Sequence record: NC_027364.1 | DNA: 64,000 nucleotides | Direction: 5' to 3' (one strand) | Part shown: positions 26,105-36,666 of the stretch, piece by piece | Position numbering within the stretch: the stretch's first letter is position 1 | How the letters are laid out: each line of letters starts with the position of its first letter | Notes under the pieces: model-generated | What the model was told of the DNA's origin: nothing | What the model saw: only the letters and a program-made list of their open reading frames with translations | Database searches by the model: none | Position numbers and translations under genes: made by a program

Positions 26105-26836
26105 ATGATTGATCGTAGAATTCGATTACGACCTAAAGCCGCAGGTGCTAACTATGTATATGGTGATTTTGGAGATAGCTCCGAACCAACTCTACTTTCG
26201 TTTCTGCGTCCAACTAATGGGTTGGTTTGGACTGTAACACCAACAATTACTGAACAAAGGTCAATTCAGTATGAAACACAGTCTCCTATACATACCAACA
26301 GTAACTATAACAACTATAAGAACACTACTAATACAGTTTTCACTATTCAGGGTGAATTTTATGCAAATACAGCAGCAGAAGCTATGTATGCGTTGGCATG
26401 TGTTCATTTTATACGTTCTGTTTCATTGATGGATTTTGGTAGACAAGCTGCTTCGGCTAATAACCCCGAACTCGCAATTGCGGGTGCACCACCACCAATC
26501 TTACTTCTAAGTGGATATGGTCGTTATACATATAATGATATTCCTGTTATTTTAAAATCTTATAATTTTACTTACCCAAATGATGTTTCTTATATTCAAG
26601 TTCCATTGAATAGTAGCGATAGTACTTTTAATTTATCCGACATGGATAGTAGAAAATTCTTCGAACAACTTAGAAGTACTGGATATATGAACCCACAAGA
26701 TGAAGTTTGGGTTCCACAAAAAATCTCAGTTATGTTACAACTTGAAGAACAACCAACATCGGATTATATGACTAAAACGTTCAACCTCAATGCATTCAAA
26801 CGTGGTGAACTATTACGTAAAGGAGGATTCATTTAA
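26105..26836 (+). CDS. Baseplate tail-tube initiator/cap (gp48/gp54-like)
   Basis: TIQGEF, GAPPPILLLSGYG..Y.DIPVILKSY pattern; GGAG SD supports start 26105 rather than 26015. Confidence 0.55.
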   Translation: MIDRRIRLRPKAAGANYVYGDFGDSSEPTLLSFLRPTNGLVWTVTPTITEQRSIQYETQSPIHTNSNYNNYKNTTNTVFTIQGEFYANTAAEAMYALACVHFIRSVSLMDFGRQAASANNPELAIAGAPPPILLLSGYGRYTYNDIPVILKSYNFTYPNDVSYIQVPLNSSDSTFNLSDMDSRKFFEQLRSTGYMNPQDEVWVPQKISVMLQLEEQPTSDYMTKTFNLNAFKRGELLRKGGFI

Positions 26837-27150
26837 TGTCCAACTATAGTCAATACTCACCTTACGCTAAGGTGAAACAAACATGGTATCTTGGGTATAA
26901 TTTACCACGTGATATTGTTCCGGCTGATACTGATGATTTTTATGAGATCCCATTGAAATATGAATATCAACCTTGGCGTTTAGCATACGAAATGTATGGT
27001 AATGAACGCTTATATTATATTTTCGCATTGTTAAATCCAGACATACTAGGAGAAGATCCTATATATAATTTTAAAAGTGGAGTAACAATTAGAATACCAG
27101 CAAATCAAAGAGTACAGAATTATCTTAATGGTACTCGAAACATAGGCTAA
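26836..27150 (+). CDS. LysM-type baseplate wedge protein (gp53-like)
   Basis: QPWRLAYEMYGNERLYYIFALLNP...GVTIRIP. Confidence 0.7.
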   Translation: MSNYSQYSPYAKVKQTWYLGYNLPRDIVPADTDDFYEIPLKYEYQPWRLAYEMYGNERLYYIFALLNPDILGEDPIYNFKSGVTIRIPANQRVQNYLNGTRNIG

Positions 27151-27161
27151 TGGAGTAACGT

Positions 27162-29411
27162 ATGGCAGATTTACGAAGTACAGTTGATAATTTTCAAAAT
27201 GATATTACAAGTATTACTGGTAAGGCTAAAACCACCACATCTAATGCACTTGATAGTTTGAAAGCTACAGCAAATACATTACAAAATGATGTAAAAACTA
27301 TTACAAAAAATAATTACAAAGCAAATGTAAGTAATGTAGTATCATTACCAAAACAAAGTGCTAGTGTTGATCAAGTTTATGAAGATCTCGATTTAAGTCA
27401 GTTTGTAATACCGTATGACAATAAATTATTGAAATATGATAACCCAACTTGGCACTTTTGTTTATTTGCCTTAGATAAAGATGATTTTAAAAACTTTTGG
27501 CTTTACCCAGATGCAGAAGTGCAACGACATGTGATATCAGAAAGTGGTGTTACTGGCAAATATAATATCACTAGTGTACAAATGACACAAGCTGGACCTT
27601 CAACACCAGGAATGACAACAAACTATTGTTTTAATACAGCAGTACTTAATATGTCTGAAAATAATAGTATGAGTCTATATGATGAATTAATTTCGTTAAG
27701 TAACAAACTTAGATATCATAAATTTATGGACTTGCCATTGATCTTGGAATTAAAGTTTATTGGCTTTAATAAAAATGGAATACCTGAAATTATCCCAGAA
27801 ACAACAAGACGCTGGTCAGTTAAAATTAATAGTGTTACTGCAAGTGCTTCACAAAGTGGTAGTACTATGATGTATACTATGAACTTAGTTCATAATAGAG
27901 CAGCTTTAGTTGATAACATTGAATGGACCTTAAAAGAACCATTCAATTGTACTGCTGAAAACTTTGGTGACTTCTGCTTTGATTTAGAAGATAAATTAAA
28001 TCAGATGGCTGACCAACAATATGGTTATCTTAGATATAAATTTGGTGAATTATCCGAAGGTAAATTTTTCGAATTTAAAGTAGCACCTGATTTGCAAGAT
28101 TTGTTTATAAACTATGATTCTAAACAAATGGCAGAGGCCGGAACAACTAAAAGTGGTGCACAAGGTTCTAAAAACTTTTCATGGAACCCAAGTACTCCTA
28201 TATCTCGAATTATTGATGACGTTATTGATACATGTACTGTACAAGCCGATGATAGTACTAGTGTGCGTCAATTTGTAAACATTATACCAGTTAAACAATA
28301 CGTTGGTTTTGATAATTATCGTAATACTTCTGTTTATAAAGTAATTTTTTATATTGTTAGATTTAAAATAGGTGATATTGTTCATGAATCGGATTTACAA
28401 CCTGAAAATTTCACATTTGAGTACTTTTTTGAGAACGCAGAAAAATACGTAGATCCTAATGATCAAAAACCAAAAATAAACATGAAAACTTATAATTATC
28501 AATTTAGTGGGCTTAATAGTGAGATACTTGATTTGGATTTGAAATTTGATCAGCAATTTTTCGTAGCCACTACACGTAACCCTGGTCCGATACAAGATGT
28601 AGCGAACCATGCAGGTACACATACATCCCAAGAACTCAATATTCAAGGTGTACAATACAATAGTATACCAGACGCATGGGCAAAAACAAGTGATTTACGT
28701 GTAACTCGTGATTTAGGAGGGATGTTAACACAAGCCCAACAACAATTGTTAACTGAAGTTGAAACTTTAGCAAAAAATCAAATGCAGGTTGGTAACGCAG
28801 AAGAACAAGACCGTTATAATAACTATCAAGTCAATGTTTTACCTCAATATATTGAGGATTATGTAACCACTTATGAAGAAAACGATGGCGGTACTGATGG
28901 TGTTGGTCACCGTTATGGTGAAGTGTTCACAATGCCAACTGAAGCAACTAACAATGAAACAACTTTATCCGCTTCGTTAAACGATAACAGCAGCACATAT
29001 GAAATGGATAGACGTAAAATACGTGACAACTATTACAATAGACCTTTTTTGTGTAAACTCGATATGCGTGTAGTAGGCGACCCGTACTGGTTAGGGTGGA
29101 GTGATTACTCTTACTTACAATATCTAGAACAAGTAATTAATGGTGAAGATATGGAAATTAACCCAGATGATTATCATGTAGCAAATTATATAACATCTGA
29201 AGCGTATCTATTACTAAAATTACAACCAGTAATATCAATAAATGATAACACTGGTGTTTTGGATATTAATACACCAACCACATTTAACCAAACAATTTAT
29301 CGTGTTAATAAAATTGTTCATGATTTTGGTGCAGGTGGTTCTTTTACACAACAAATTCAAGCTGCAATTGTAATTCGTGCACTCAAACGTCACGATAGTA
29401 TAGTTGATTAA
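27162..29411 (+). CDS. Probable baseplate hub protein (gp27-like)
   Basis: 749 aa between gp53-like and gp5-like; C-terminal MRVVGDPYWL...YRVNKIVHDFG.GG.FTQ.I typical of hub proteins. Confidence 0.55.
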   Translation: MADLRSTVDNFQNDITSITGKAKTTTSNALDSLKATANTLQNDVKTITKNNYKANVSNVVSLPKQSASVDQVYEDLDLSQFVIPYDNKLLKYDNPTWHFCLFALDKDDFKNFWLYPDAEVQRHVISESGVTGKYNITSVQMTQAGPSTPGMTTNYCFNTAVLNMSENNSMSLYDELISLSNKLRYHKFMDLPLILELKFIGFNKNGIPEIIPETTRRWSVKINSVTASASQSGSTMMYTMNLVHNRAALVDNIEWTLKEPFNCTAENFGDFCFDLEDKLNQMADQQYGYLRYKFGELSEGKFFEFKVAPDLQDLFINYDSKQMAEAGTTKSGAQGSKNFSWNPSTPISRIIDDVIDTCTVQADDSTSVRQFVNIIPVKQYVGFDNYRNTSVYKVIFYIVRFKIGDIVHESDLQPENFTFEYFFENAEKYVDPNDQKPKINMKTYNYQFSGLNSEILDLDLKFDQQFFVATTRNPGPIQDVANHAGTHTSQELNIQGVQYNSIPDAWAKTSDLRVTRDLGGMLTQAQQQLLTEVETLAKNQMQVGNAEEQDRYNNYQVNVLPQYIEDYVTTYEENDGGTDGVGHRYGEVFTMPTEATNNETTLSASLNDNSSTYEMDRRKIRDNYYNRPFLCKLDMRVVGDPYWLGWSDYSYLQYLEQVINGEDMEINPDDYHVANYITSEAYLLLKLQPVISINDNTGVLDINTPTTFNQTIYRVNKIVHDFGAGGSFTQQIQAAIVIRALKRHDSIVD

Positions 29412-29424
29412 GGAATAAAATATT

Positions 29425-32088
29425 ATGGCAGATACAAGTAAAAAGTATGCACAACAGCAGTTGGGTCGTTTTGACCCATCTTATCCGCAGTTAGCAACTG
29501 TTATGGATAACAGAGATCCAACTAAATCAGGAAAACTGAAAGTTTGGATACAAGGTTCTCAAAGTGATAAAAACTCAAAAGAATCATGGATAGAAGCATC
29601 TTACATGTCTCCTTTTGCTGGTAAAACACCAGGTATTCCAAGTGCTGATGCATATGGTCAATATCCAAAAGGATACGGTTTTTGGGCAGTACCACCAGAC
29701 GTAGGGTGTACAGTTGTTGTAATTTTTGCACAAGCCCGTACATTCCAAGCATATTGGATTGGTTGTGTATATGACCAGCGTATGAATACGATGGTTCCAG
29801 GTATGGCAACTGAAGTAAGTAATTATGGTGGAACTGATATGCCACTTCCTGTTACTGACTATGATCGTAACACTATCACTACCGATATGCAAGACAAATA
29901 TGCTAACGTTCCAATTATCGCAGGTCTTAAAAAGCAAAACCTTTTATATGACGAAGAAGCTGGGTTGGCGAATCGTAGTAGTACTCGACAAACCACCAGT
30001 ACTGTATATGGTATGTCTTCGCCACGTGGTAATAGTTTTATTATTGATGATGGATATACTGAAGAGGAATTAACAGCACCAACGTGGGATCAAGACCCAG
30101 ATGGATATCAAGATACACAATTTAATAACCCAGTAAACGATACACGTGTTGGTTCTCGTAAAAATGAAGGTGTCGTAATAAAAACACGTAGTGGTGCACA
30201 ACTTCTTTTATCAGAAGCTACTGGTGATGTTCTTTTAATTAACCGTGATGGCACTGCACGTATAAAATTCACTGGTGAAGGTGATATTGACATGCACTGT
30301 GATAAGAATATTAATATTCGTGCTGGTCAAGATATTAATATTACTGCTGGACGTTCATATAATATTGAAACCGGACAAGATTTCAATGCACGAGTTGGTG
30401 CAAATACTAAATTAGATCTAATTGGTGCTCTTGATGCAAAAGTTGGTGGACAAGTTGTTGTTAATTCTGGGGCAGACCTTCGTTTAGTTACGGCTGCATC
30501 ATTACGTATGCAAAGTGGTAGCAGTACTGATATTACGGCTGGTTCAAATGCTTCTATTTCTGCCGCAACATCTGCAAACCTAATTGGATCATCATCAGCA
30601 ATTATTAGTGGTGGTGGTCAAACATTAACAGTTAATAGTGGTGGTAATAGCGGTACTGCTGAATTTACTGCACCAAACTTTAGAACACCATCTGCTGGTC
30701 TTAATGAACACATTCATGATATTGCTGCATGGGTTAACGCTGAAAATCATGGTAGTTATGTTGAACCACCAAGACAAGGTGGTGGAAGTGGTTCTAGTGA
30801 ATCACCAGTACAACCACAACCAGCAAATGATGTATCACCAGAATTACCCGTAGCACAAGACACTGAAGCTGTTCAGTTTGTTAACTATACATCAGAAACT
30901 GAACAAGTTCAATCACAAGATTTGATGACATCTGATCCTGGGATGACTGGATATAGTATTACATATGAAGGTTTACATATGTTAATGCCATGTAGCGGTA
31001 CTATTCGACAATATGGTTACTGGGGGAAAGGTGTTCCAACACAAAGTGGAGGAAAGGCAGACCGTTCAGGTTGGGAAATACAATGTAAAGGTGATGTAGT
31101 TGCACCAGATGGTGGTGTGGTAGTAATTACTAATGGTGCTCTTTTAATACAACATAAGTCTGGATATAAATCTATTTTTTATAATATTCAATCTGATTTA
31201 TTAAACAAAGATGTTGTTCAAAAAGGTCAAGTTGTTGGAAAAGCAAATGGTGTCATACAGTTTGAAATTCGTGTTACATCAGCAAATGTTCTTGGATTCA
31301 GTGGTTCTGTTGACCCAGGATTATTTTATGCTTCACAAACAGGAACAGGGTCTGATGCGGCGAATAAAACATTAATTGGTGGTCAAGCAACTAATCAATC
31401 TGCTCCAAAAGCAGTTGTACAACCTTCAGTTGATAGTGATGAATTGGTAGTTACAACAAAAATCAAAACGATAGGTACTGGATATTCTCAACGTGGTTCT
31501 CGTCATGTGCCTCGTAGGAGAAGAACACAGAGAAGTGGAGCTTCAACAACTCCGGTGGAGCAACCTACCTATAATATTGGAAATGTTGATAAAACTGCAA
31601 TCGATTGGAAAGTTGTTCCAGGTGATGCACAATTTATTTCTGAATTAAAAGAATATGAAGGTACATTACAATACCAACAAGCAAAAGGATATTATCGTAA
31701 TGGTAAATTCTGGCGTTATTTGGATAGTCGTGGGTATCCAACTATTGGTTATGGTCACTTAATTATTAGTGGTGAAAACTTTTCAGATGGAATAACTGAA
31801 CAGCAAGCCAACGATATGTTAGTTCGTGATAGTAGTAAAGCTATATATGATGCTAAATCAATTTATGCTTCATACAACATGAAAACACCTTATTTGGCTC
31901 AACAAGTACTATGCCAAATGGTATTCCAGATGGGTAAAGGTGGGGTACTTAAATTTAAAACTATGTTGTCTGAATTAGCTAAAGGTAATTATAAACAAGC
32001 TGCTGCTCAAATACGTAATTCAGCTTGGTATCGCCAAACTACTCGCCGTGCTGAGTTAATGGCTCGTCGTTTAGAGGCATGTCAATAA
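29425..32088 (+). CDS. gp5: Baseplate spike/puncturing protein (gp5-like) with degenerate M23 domain and C-terminal lysozyme
   Basis: OB-fold DNRDP..SGKLKVWI / WAVPPDVG, TRSGAQL, beta-helix repeats, M23-like segment, EYEG..YLDSRGYPTIGYGHL. Confidence 0.85.
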   Translation: MADTSKKYAQQQLGRFDPSYPQLATVMDNRDPTKSGKLKVWIQGSQSDKNSKESWIEASYMSPFAGKTPGIPSADAYGQYPKGYGFWAVPPDVGCTVVVIFAQARTFQAYWIGCVYDQRMNTMVPGMATEVSNYGGTDMPLPVTDYDRNTITTDMQDKYANVPIIAGLKKQNLLYDEEAGLANRSSTRQTTSTVYGMSSPRGNSFIIDDGYTEEELTAPTWDQDPDGYQDTQFNNPVNDTRVGSRKNEGVVIKTRSGAQLLLSEATGDVLLINRDGTARIKFTGEGDIDMHCDKNINIRAGQDINITAGRSYNIETGQDFNARVGANTKLDLIGALDAKVGGQVVVNSGADLRLVTAASLRMQSGSSTDITAGSNASISAATSANLIGSSSAIISGGGQTLTVNSGGNSGTAEFTAPNFRTPSAGLNEHIHDIAAWVNAENHGSYVEPPRQGGGSGSSESPVQPQPANDVSPELPVAQDTEAVQFVNYTSETEQVQSQDLMTSDPGMTGYSITYEGLHMLMPCSGTIRQYGYWGKGVPTQSGGKADRSGWEIQCKGDVVAPDGGVVVITNGALLIQHKSGYKSIFYNIQSDLLNKDVVQKGQVVGKANGVIQFEIRVTSANVLGFSGSVDPGLFYASQTGTGSDAANKTLIGGQATNQSAPKAVVQPSVDSDELVVTTKIKTIGTGYSQRGSRHVPRRRRTQRSGASTTPVEQPTYNIGNVDKTAIDWKVVPGDAQFISELKEYEGTLQYQQAKGYYRNGKFWRYLDSRGYPTIGYGHLIISGENFSDGITEQQANDMLVRDSSKAIYDAKSIYASYNMKTPYLAQQVLCQMVFQMGKGGVLKFKTMLSELAKGNYKQAAAQIRNSAWYRQTTRRAELMARRLEACQ

Positions 32089-32100
32089 ATATTTTAGTAC

Positions 32101-32108
32101 TATAAATA
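32101..32108 (+). promoter_or_regulatory. Late promoter of stand-alone lysozyme
   Basis: TATAAATA directly preceded by AGTAC. Confidence 0.7.
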
Positions 32109-32124
32109 AAACGAGGATATCTTT

Positions 32125-32613
32125 ATGAGTAAATGGGAAATTAAAAATACAGATGAGCAATTTTTTAAGGAAATTAAAGAATTTGAAGGAACTATTGCTT
32201 ATCAGAAAAAACTTGGTTATTTTAAAAATGATAAGTTTTGGGTATATAAAGACAGCTTAGGTCTTGATACTATTGGCTATGGTCACCTAGTTTTACCTGG
32301 TGAAAATTTCAAGAATGGTTTAACAGAAGCACAAGCTGACCAACTTCTTCTTAAAGATGCTCAAACTGCGTACAATGATGCAAAATCAATTTATGAACAA
32401 TTTGGTATGACCGCACCTGTACAGGTTCAACGTGTATTATGGTTGATGGTATTCCAGATGGGAAAAACCAAAGTTTTAAAATTTAAAAAAGCAATGACCG
32501 CATTAGGTAAGGCTGATTATAAAACTGCTGGTAAGGAATTGCGTGATAGTACATGGTATAAACAAACCACTTCAAGAGCGGAAAAGATGGCACGTATTGT
32601 TGAATCCGTATAA
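32125..32613 (+). CDS. T4-type lysozyme (probable endolysin)
   Basis: EFEG...YKDSLGLDTIGYGHL, MVFQMG, STWYKQT..RA; E/D/T catalytic set. Confidence 0.9.
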   Translation: MSKWEIKNTDEQFFKEIKEFEGTIAYQKKLGYFKNDKFWVYKDSLGLDTIGYGHLVLPGENFKNGLTEAQADQLLLKDAQTAYNDAKSIYEQFGMTAPVQVQRVLWLMVFQMGKTKVLKFKKAMTALGKADYKTAGKELRDSTWYKQTTSRAEKMARIVESV

Positions 32614-32628
32614 TAAAGGAAATAGTCA

Positions 32629-33024
32629 ATGGCAGTTGTTTTTAAAGGTTTTTCTACCCCAGTAGTGGGTAGAACTGAAACATTGTATGATAGTGAATTG
32701 GTTCGCCAAGATTTAATGAATCATTTCAATACAAAAAAAGGCGAAAGAGCATTTGATGCTGACTATGGTTTTATTGCATGGGATTTGCTGTTTGAATTGG
32801 AAGGTTATAATACTATCAACCTTTTGGAAGCAGATGCCCGTAGAATAATTAGCTTAGATCCACGCTTAAATCTTAAGAAATTGCAAATTTCAAGAATAGA
32901 ATATGGATACCAAATGAATATTGTATTACAGTACGTAGTATTGGATACATTAGAAGAACTTACTATTGTATTCGATGCAAGAAGTAATAACAGAATGGCA
33001 ACATATTCAGTATCGTCTTTATAA
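32629..33024 (+). CDS. gp25: Baseplate wedge protein (gp25-like)
   Basis: LVRQDLMNHFNTKKGERAFDADYG...WDLLFE...IISLDPRL. Confidence 0.85.
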   Translation: MAVVFKGFSTPVVGRTETLYDSELVRQDLMNHFNTKKGERAFDADYGFIAWDLLFELEGYNTINLLEADARRIISLDPRLNLKKLQISRIEYGYQMNIVLQYVVLDTLEELTIVFDARSNNRMATYSVSSL

Positions 33025-33030
33025 TTACAA

Positions 33031-33058
33031 AAGCACTCTTCGGAGTGCTTTTCTTTTT
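33031..33058 (+). terminator. Terminator with C(UUCG)G loop
   Basis: AAGCACTC-TTCG-GAGTGCTT-TTCTTTTT. Confidence 0.9.
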
Positions 33059-33125
33059 GAATAAATATTTCTATATATAATTCCCAGTACTGAACTAGTA
33101 CTTTACTGATTTAAAGGAATAAATT

Positions 33126-36100
33126 ATGTCACAACAAAAAAGGCAATCAAATTTATACGCTGGTGAGGATTGGACTCAAGTATATGAAAGTTTTTATAAA
33201 ATCAATCTTACAGCTTATGACTTCGATACTATCCGTCAGAGTATGATTGATTATCTACGTGCAACTTACCCAGACTCATTCAACGACTGGATCGAAAACG
33301 ACCAGTTTATTTTTATTTTAGATACGATTTCTATGCTAGGGCAGAACTTGGCATTTCGTATGGATTTGAACACACGTGAAAACTTTTTAGATACTGCAAC
33401 TCGTCGTGCATCAGTACTAAAACTAGCTAAAATGATTTCTTACTCACCACGCCGCTCATATCCAGGTCGTGCAGTTGCTAAATTAACCGAAATTAAAACA
33501 AACCAAGATGTTCGTAATAGTTTTAATGAATCATTAAAAGATAAAATCATTCGTTGGAATGACCCGATGGATGCTAACTGGTATGAAAACTTCATTCTAG
33601 TAATGAACAGTTCATTTGTCAGTACTAACCAATTTGGTAATCCAGTCAAGCGTATTGATGTTAATGGTGTCTCTCGTCAACTATATCGAATGAACACCAT
33701 CCCAATGACAGCACCCAGTATTCCATTTATTGCAACTGTCAATGGTGAATCTATGACATTTGAAGTAGTGAATCCTGATATTACGTCTGTTGGTGTTGAA
33801 GAACGACATCCAGAACCACAAGAGCAAAAATATATTGTTTATCAAAATGATGGTAATGGATTTAGTTCACCAAATACTGGTTTTTTTGTATATTTCGTAC
33901 AAGGTACATTGACATATCAAGATTATCAATATGCTATCCGTGAAGAGAACCGTATACAAGATATTAACGTTGATAATATCAACGAAACTGATGTATGGGT
34001 TCAAGAAATAAATGAAGATGGTATTGTTCGTACCAAATGGACAAAAGTTCCATCAATGGAAAGTATTGCATATAACACTGTTAATCGTCAATTAAAAACA
34101 ATTTTTGCTGTTACTACTCGTGATAAAGATCAAATAACAATTAAGTATCCAGACTCAAGAAGTGGTGTTGTTCCCCGTGGGACGTTCCGCGTATGGTATC
34201 GTGTTAGTAATGGTAAAACATATAACATTAAAACTTCTGAAATTCAAAACAAAAGCGTAAAATATACATATCGTACAAAAACACAGTCAAGTTATGAATC
34301 TAGTACATTGGATATACGTTTTTCATTACAATATGAGTCCGACCGTGCACAAAGTGCAGAGACTATTGAGCAGATTAAAGCACGTGCACCACAAATGTAC
34401 TATACACAAAACCGTTTTGTCAATGGTGAAGATTATAATATTGCACCACTTAGTTTAGGCAATACTGTACTTAAATCTAAAGCTATTAATAGAATTTATA
34501 GTGGACAATCAAGATTTATTGATATTAATGATCCTACTGGTAAGTATCAAAATACCGATGTTTTTAGTGATGATGGTGCATTATATCAAGAAAACACACA
34601 ATTTAATAGGTCATTATTACTACCAACTACAAAAACAAATGCTAGTATTGTTATTGACAATATTCAACCATTGATTGGTGAAAATGCGGTAATACAACGT
34701 TACCAAGCGTTTCCATCAAATACAATTGGTATTGAAATACAACAAGCATGGACTCCGGTATACAATTCAAATTATACAACTAACACATATGGTAGAATTT
34801 TGGGTTCATCTGGTACAGTTTATGGTTCATATCAGGTTGGTACTCTAATTAAATTTTCTAATTCTGGAACTACTATATGGGCTAGTGTAGTTAGTGTATT
34901 GGATAATGGATTTTATGTACTGAGTACATCGGTTCCAAGTGGAATGCAAGCCATAGAGTACATTTTACCATATAGAACTAGATTTAACTCGGTTGAAGTT
35001 CAAGCAATTTCTGCTATGCTAGATAAAAAAACTGATTTTGTTATTGTACATGACAAAGAAACGACATCATGGGTTCCTATTGAAGTAAGTACCAATGATG
35101 ATACTATTGTATATAATGGCAATGAAGTTTTAATTATAATTAATGTAAAATATACAGCAGAAACTTGGGAATTTGATGCTAACGGTATTGAATATATTTT
35201 TGTGGGTGGAGAAAAAGTAAGATTTTACTTTGTATCATCTAAAAAAATTACTGATATTAGTACTGGTACAGTTCAAAGTGATAAGATTGAAATTTTATCA
35301 TCTAACACTACTAGTAGTAGTAATTCAGGATTGACAAGTAATATAGATTTTCAAATTTATGACACAATTCAACAAGAGAATGGCTATCTAGATGGTTCTC
35401 GTGTTATTGTTACATCTAGGAAAGTAGATAGTAATGGTATACCATTGGAACCAAACCAATTTAAAGAAATTGTTCCTACTTGGACTGGAACCGATGCATT
35501 AAAATATGGTGGTATTTTGGTATTTCAGGAAAATAGTGATTTCACTATATCAGTACTGTCGTTACCAAATGATACCTTCACACTTCTTGATTCATCGTGG
35601 TCTTATACAATGGAACAAGCCTTGGCAGAGCCGAATGCATATAAAAGAACTGAATTTGTTAGAAATAACGCAATTCGTTCAACCACATTGAGTGGATTAT
35701 ATAGTAAAGGTTCTGGATTTTTAGTTGGTTTTAACTATGATGGTAAATATTATTTTATTGAACAAACAGTTGGTAATAACAATGATCGTTTAGGACAGCT
35801 AATTAGTAATTTAACTTATTCCGATGATACTGGCACTGTTAGTCCTGAATTGGCTTTTTATCGTGCAATTAATAACATGGGAACTAATGCTGACGAGAAT
35901 CAGAAGCTAGATTATTATGGATACAAAGATGTTACTTCACAGTACACTGTTAAAACTAATGCACGTACTAGTATAGACTTCCATTGGAAACACTATGCAC
36001 CTGACGACAATCGCATTGATCCTAGTAGAACAAACTTAATTGATATGTATGTATTAACCAATTCATATAAAACTGAAGTTGACGTTTGGTTGAAAAATAA

Positions 36101-36587
36101 TGCTGTTGGTAGTATTCCTAAACCACCTACATCGGTTGAATTGAAAGATATGTTCAAAGATGTTGAACAAAAAATAGTCATTAGTGATAGTATTATTTGG
36201 CATAGTGCTGAGTACTTACCTTTATTTGGCAACAGTGCTGCTGAAGATTACAAAGCTGATTTTAAAGTAGTGAAATTACCAAACAGCACAATGAGTGATG
36301 ATGAAATTCGTCAAAATGTCATAGCATTAACTAATGAATACTTCAATGTTGATAACTGGGATTTCGGTGAAAGTTTCTATTATACTGATTTGTGTACTTA
36401 CATACACTCACAGTTAGGTAGACATATTAGTACCATTGTTATAGTTGCACAAAATCCAAATTCAAAATTTGGCTCTCTATTTGAAATCCCTTCACGTTCA
36501 GACCAAATATTTTTGAGTACTGCATCTGTTGAAAATGTTCAAATTGTTAACTCACTAGCTAAAAGTAATATTAATATCGGTTCTTAA
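33126..36587 (+). CDS. gp6: Baseplate wedge protein (gp6-like, enlarged)
   Basis: YDFDTIRQSMIDYL, ENFLDTATRRASVLKLAKMISY, ETIEQIKARAP..Y.TQNRFVNGEDY. Confidence 0.85.
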   Translation: MSQQKRQSNLYAGEDWTQVYESFYKINLTAYDFDTIRQSMIDYLRATYPDSFNDWIENDQFIFILDTISMLGQNLAFRMDLNTRENFLDTATRRASVLKLAKMISYSPRRSYPGRAVAKLTEIKTNQDVRNSFNESLKDKIIRWNDPMDANWYENFILVMNSSFVSTNQFGNPVKRIDVNGVSRQLYRMNTIPMTAPSIPFIATVNGESMTFEVVNPDITSVGVEERHPEPQEQKYIVYQNDGNGFSSPNTGFFVYFVQGTLTYQDYQYAIREENRIQDINVDNINETDVWVQEINEDGIVRTKWTKVPSMESIAYNTVNRQLKTIFAVTTRDKDQITIKYPDSRSGVVPRGTFRVWYRVSNGKTYNIKTSEIQNKSVKYTYRTKTQSSYESSTLDIRFSLQYESDRAQSAETIEQIKARAPQMYYTQNRFVNGEDYNIAPLSLGNTVLKSKAINRIYSGQSRFIDINDPTGKYQNTDVFSDDGALYQENTQFNRSLLLPTTKTNASIVIDNIQPLIGENAVIQRYQAFPSNTIGIEIQQAWTPVYNSNYTTNTYGRILGSSGTVYGSYQVGTLIKFSNSGTTIWASVVSVLDNGFYVLSTSVPSGMQAIEYILPYRTRFNSVEVQAISAMLDKKTDFVIVHDKETTSWVPIEVSTNDDTIVYNGNEVLIIINVKYTAETWEFDANGIEYIFVGGEKVRFYFVSSKKITDISTGTVQSDKIEILSSNTTSSSNSGLTSNIDFQIYDTIQQENGYLDGSRVIVTSRKVDSNGIPLEPNQFKEIVPTWTGTDALKYGGILVFQENSDFTISVLSLPNDTFTLLDSSWSYTMEQALAEPNAYKRTEFVRNNAIRSTTLSGLYSKGSGFLVGFNYDGKYYFIEQTVGNNNDRLGQLISNLTYSDDTGTVSPELAFYRAINNMGTNADENQKLDYYGYKDVTSQYTVKTNARTSIDFHWKHYAPDDNRIDPSRTNLIDMYVLTNSYKTEVDVWLKNNAVGSIPKPPTSVELKDMFKDVEQKIVISDSIIWHSAEYLPLFGNSAAEDYKADFKVVKLPNSTMSDDEIRQNVIALTNEYFNVDNWDFGESFYYTDLCTYIHSQLGRHISTIVIVAQNPNSKFGSLFEIPSRSDQIFLSTASVENVQIVNSLAKSNINIGS

Positions 36588-36593
36588 TATAAC

Positions 36594-36618
36594 GGGCGTT
36601 CTTCGGAACGCCTTTTTT
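36594..36618 (+). terminator. Terminator with C(UUCG)G loop
   Basis: GGCGTTC-TTCG-GAACGCC-TTTTTT. Confidence 0.9.
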
Positions 36619-36666
36619 ATATCATAAATAAATCAAATGAATGAACGAATTATATGGAGTCCAAAA

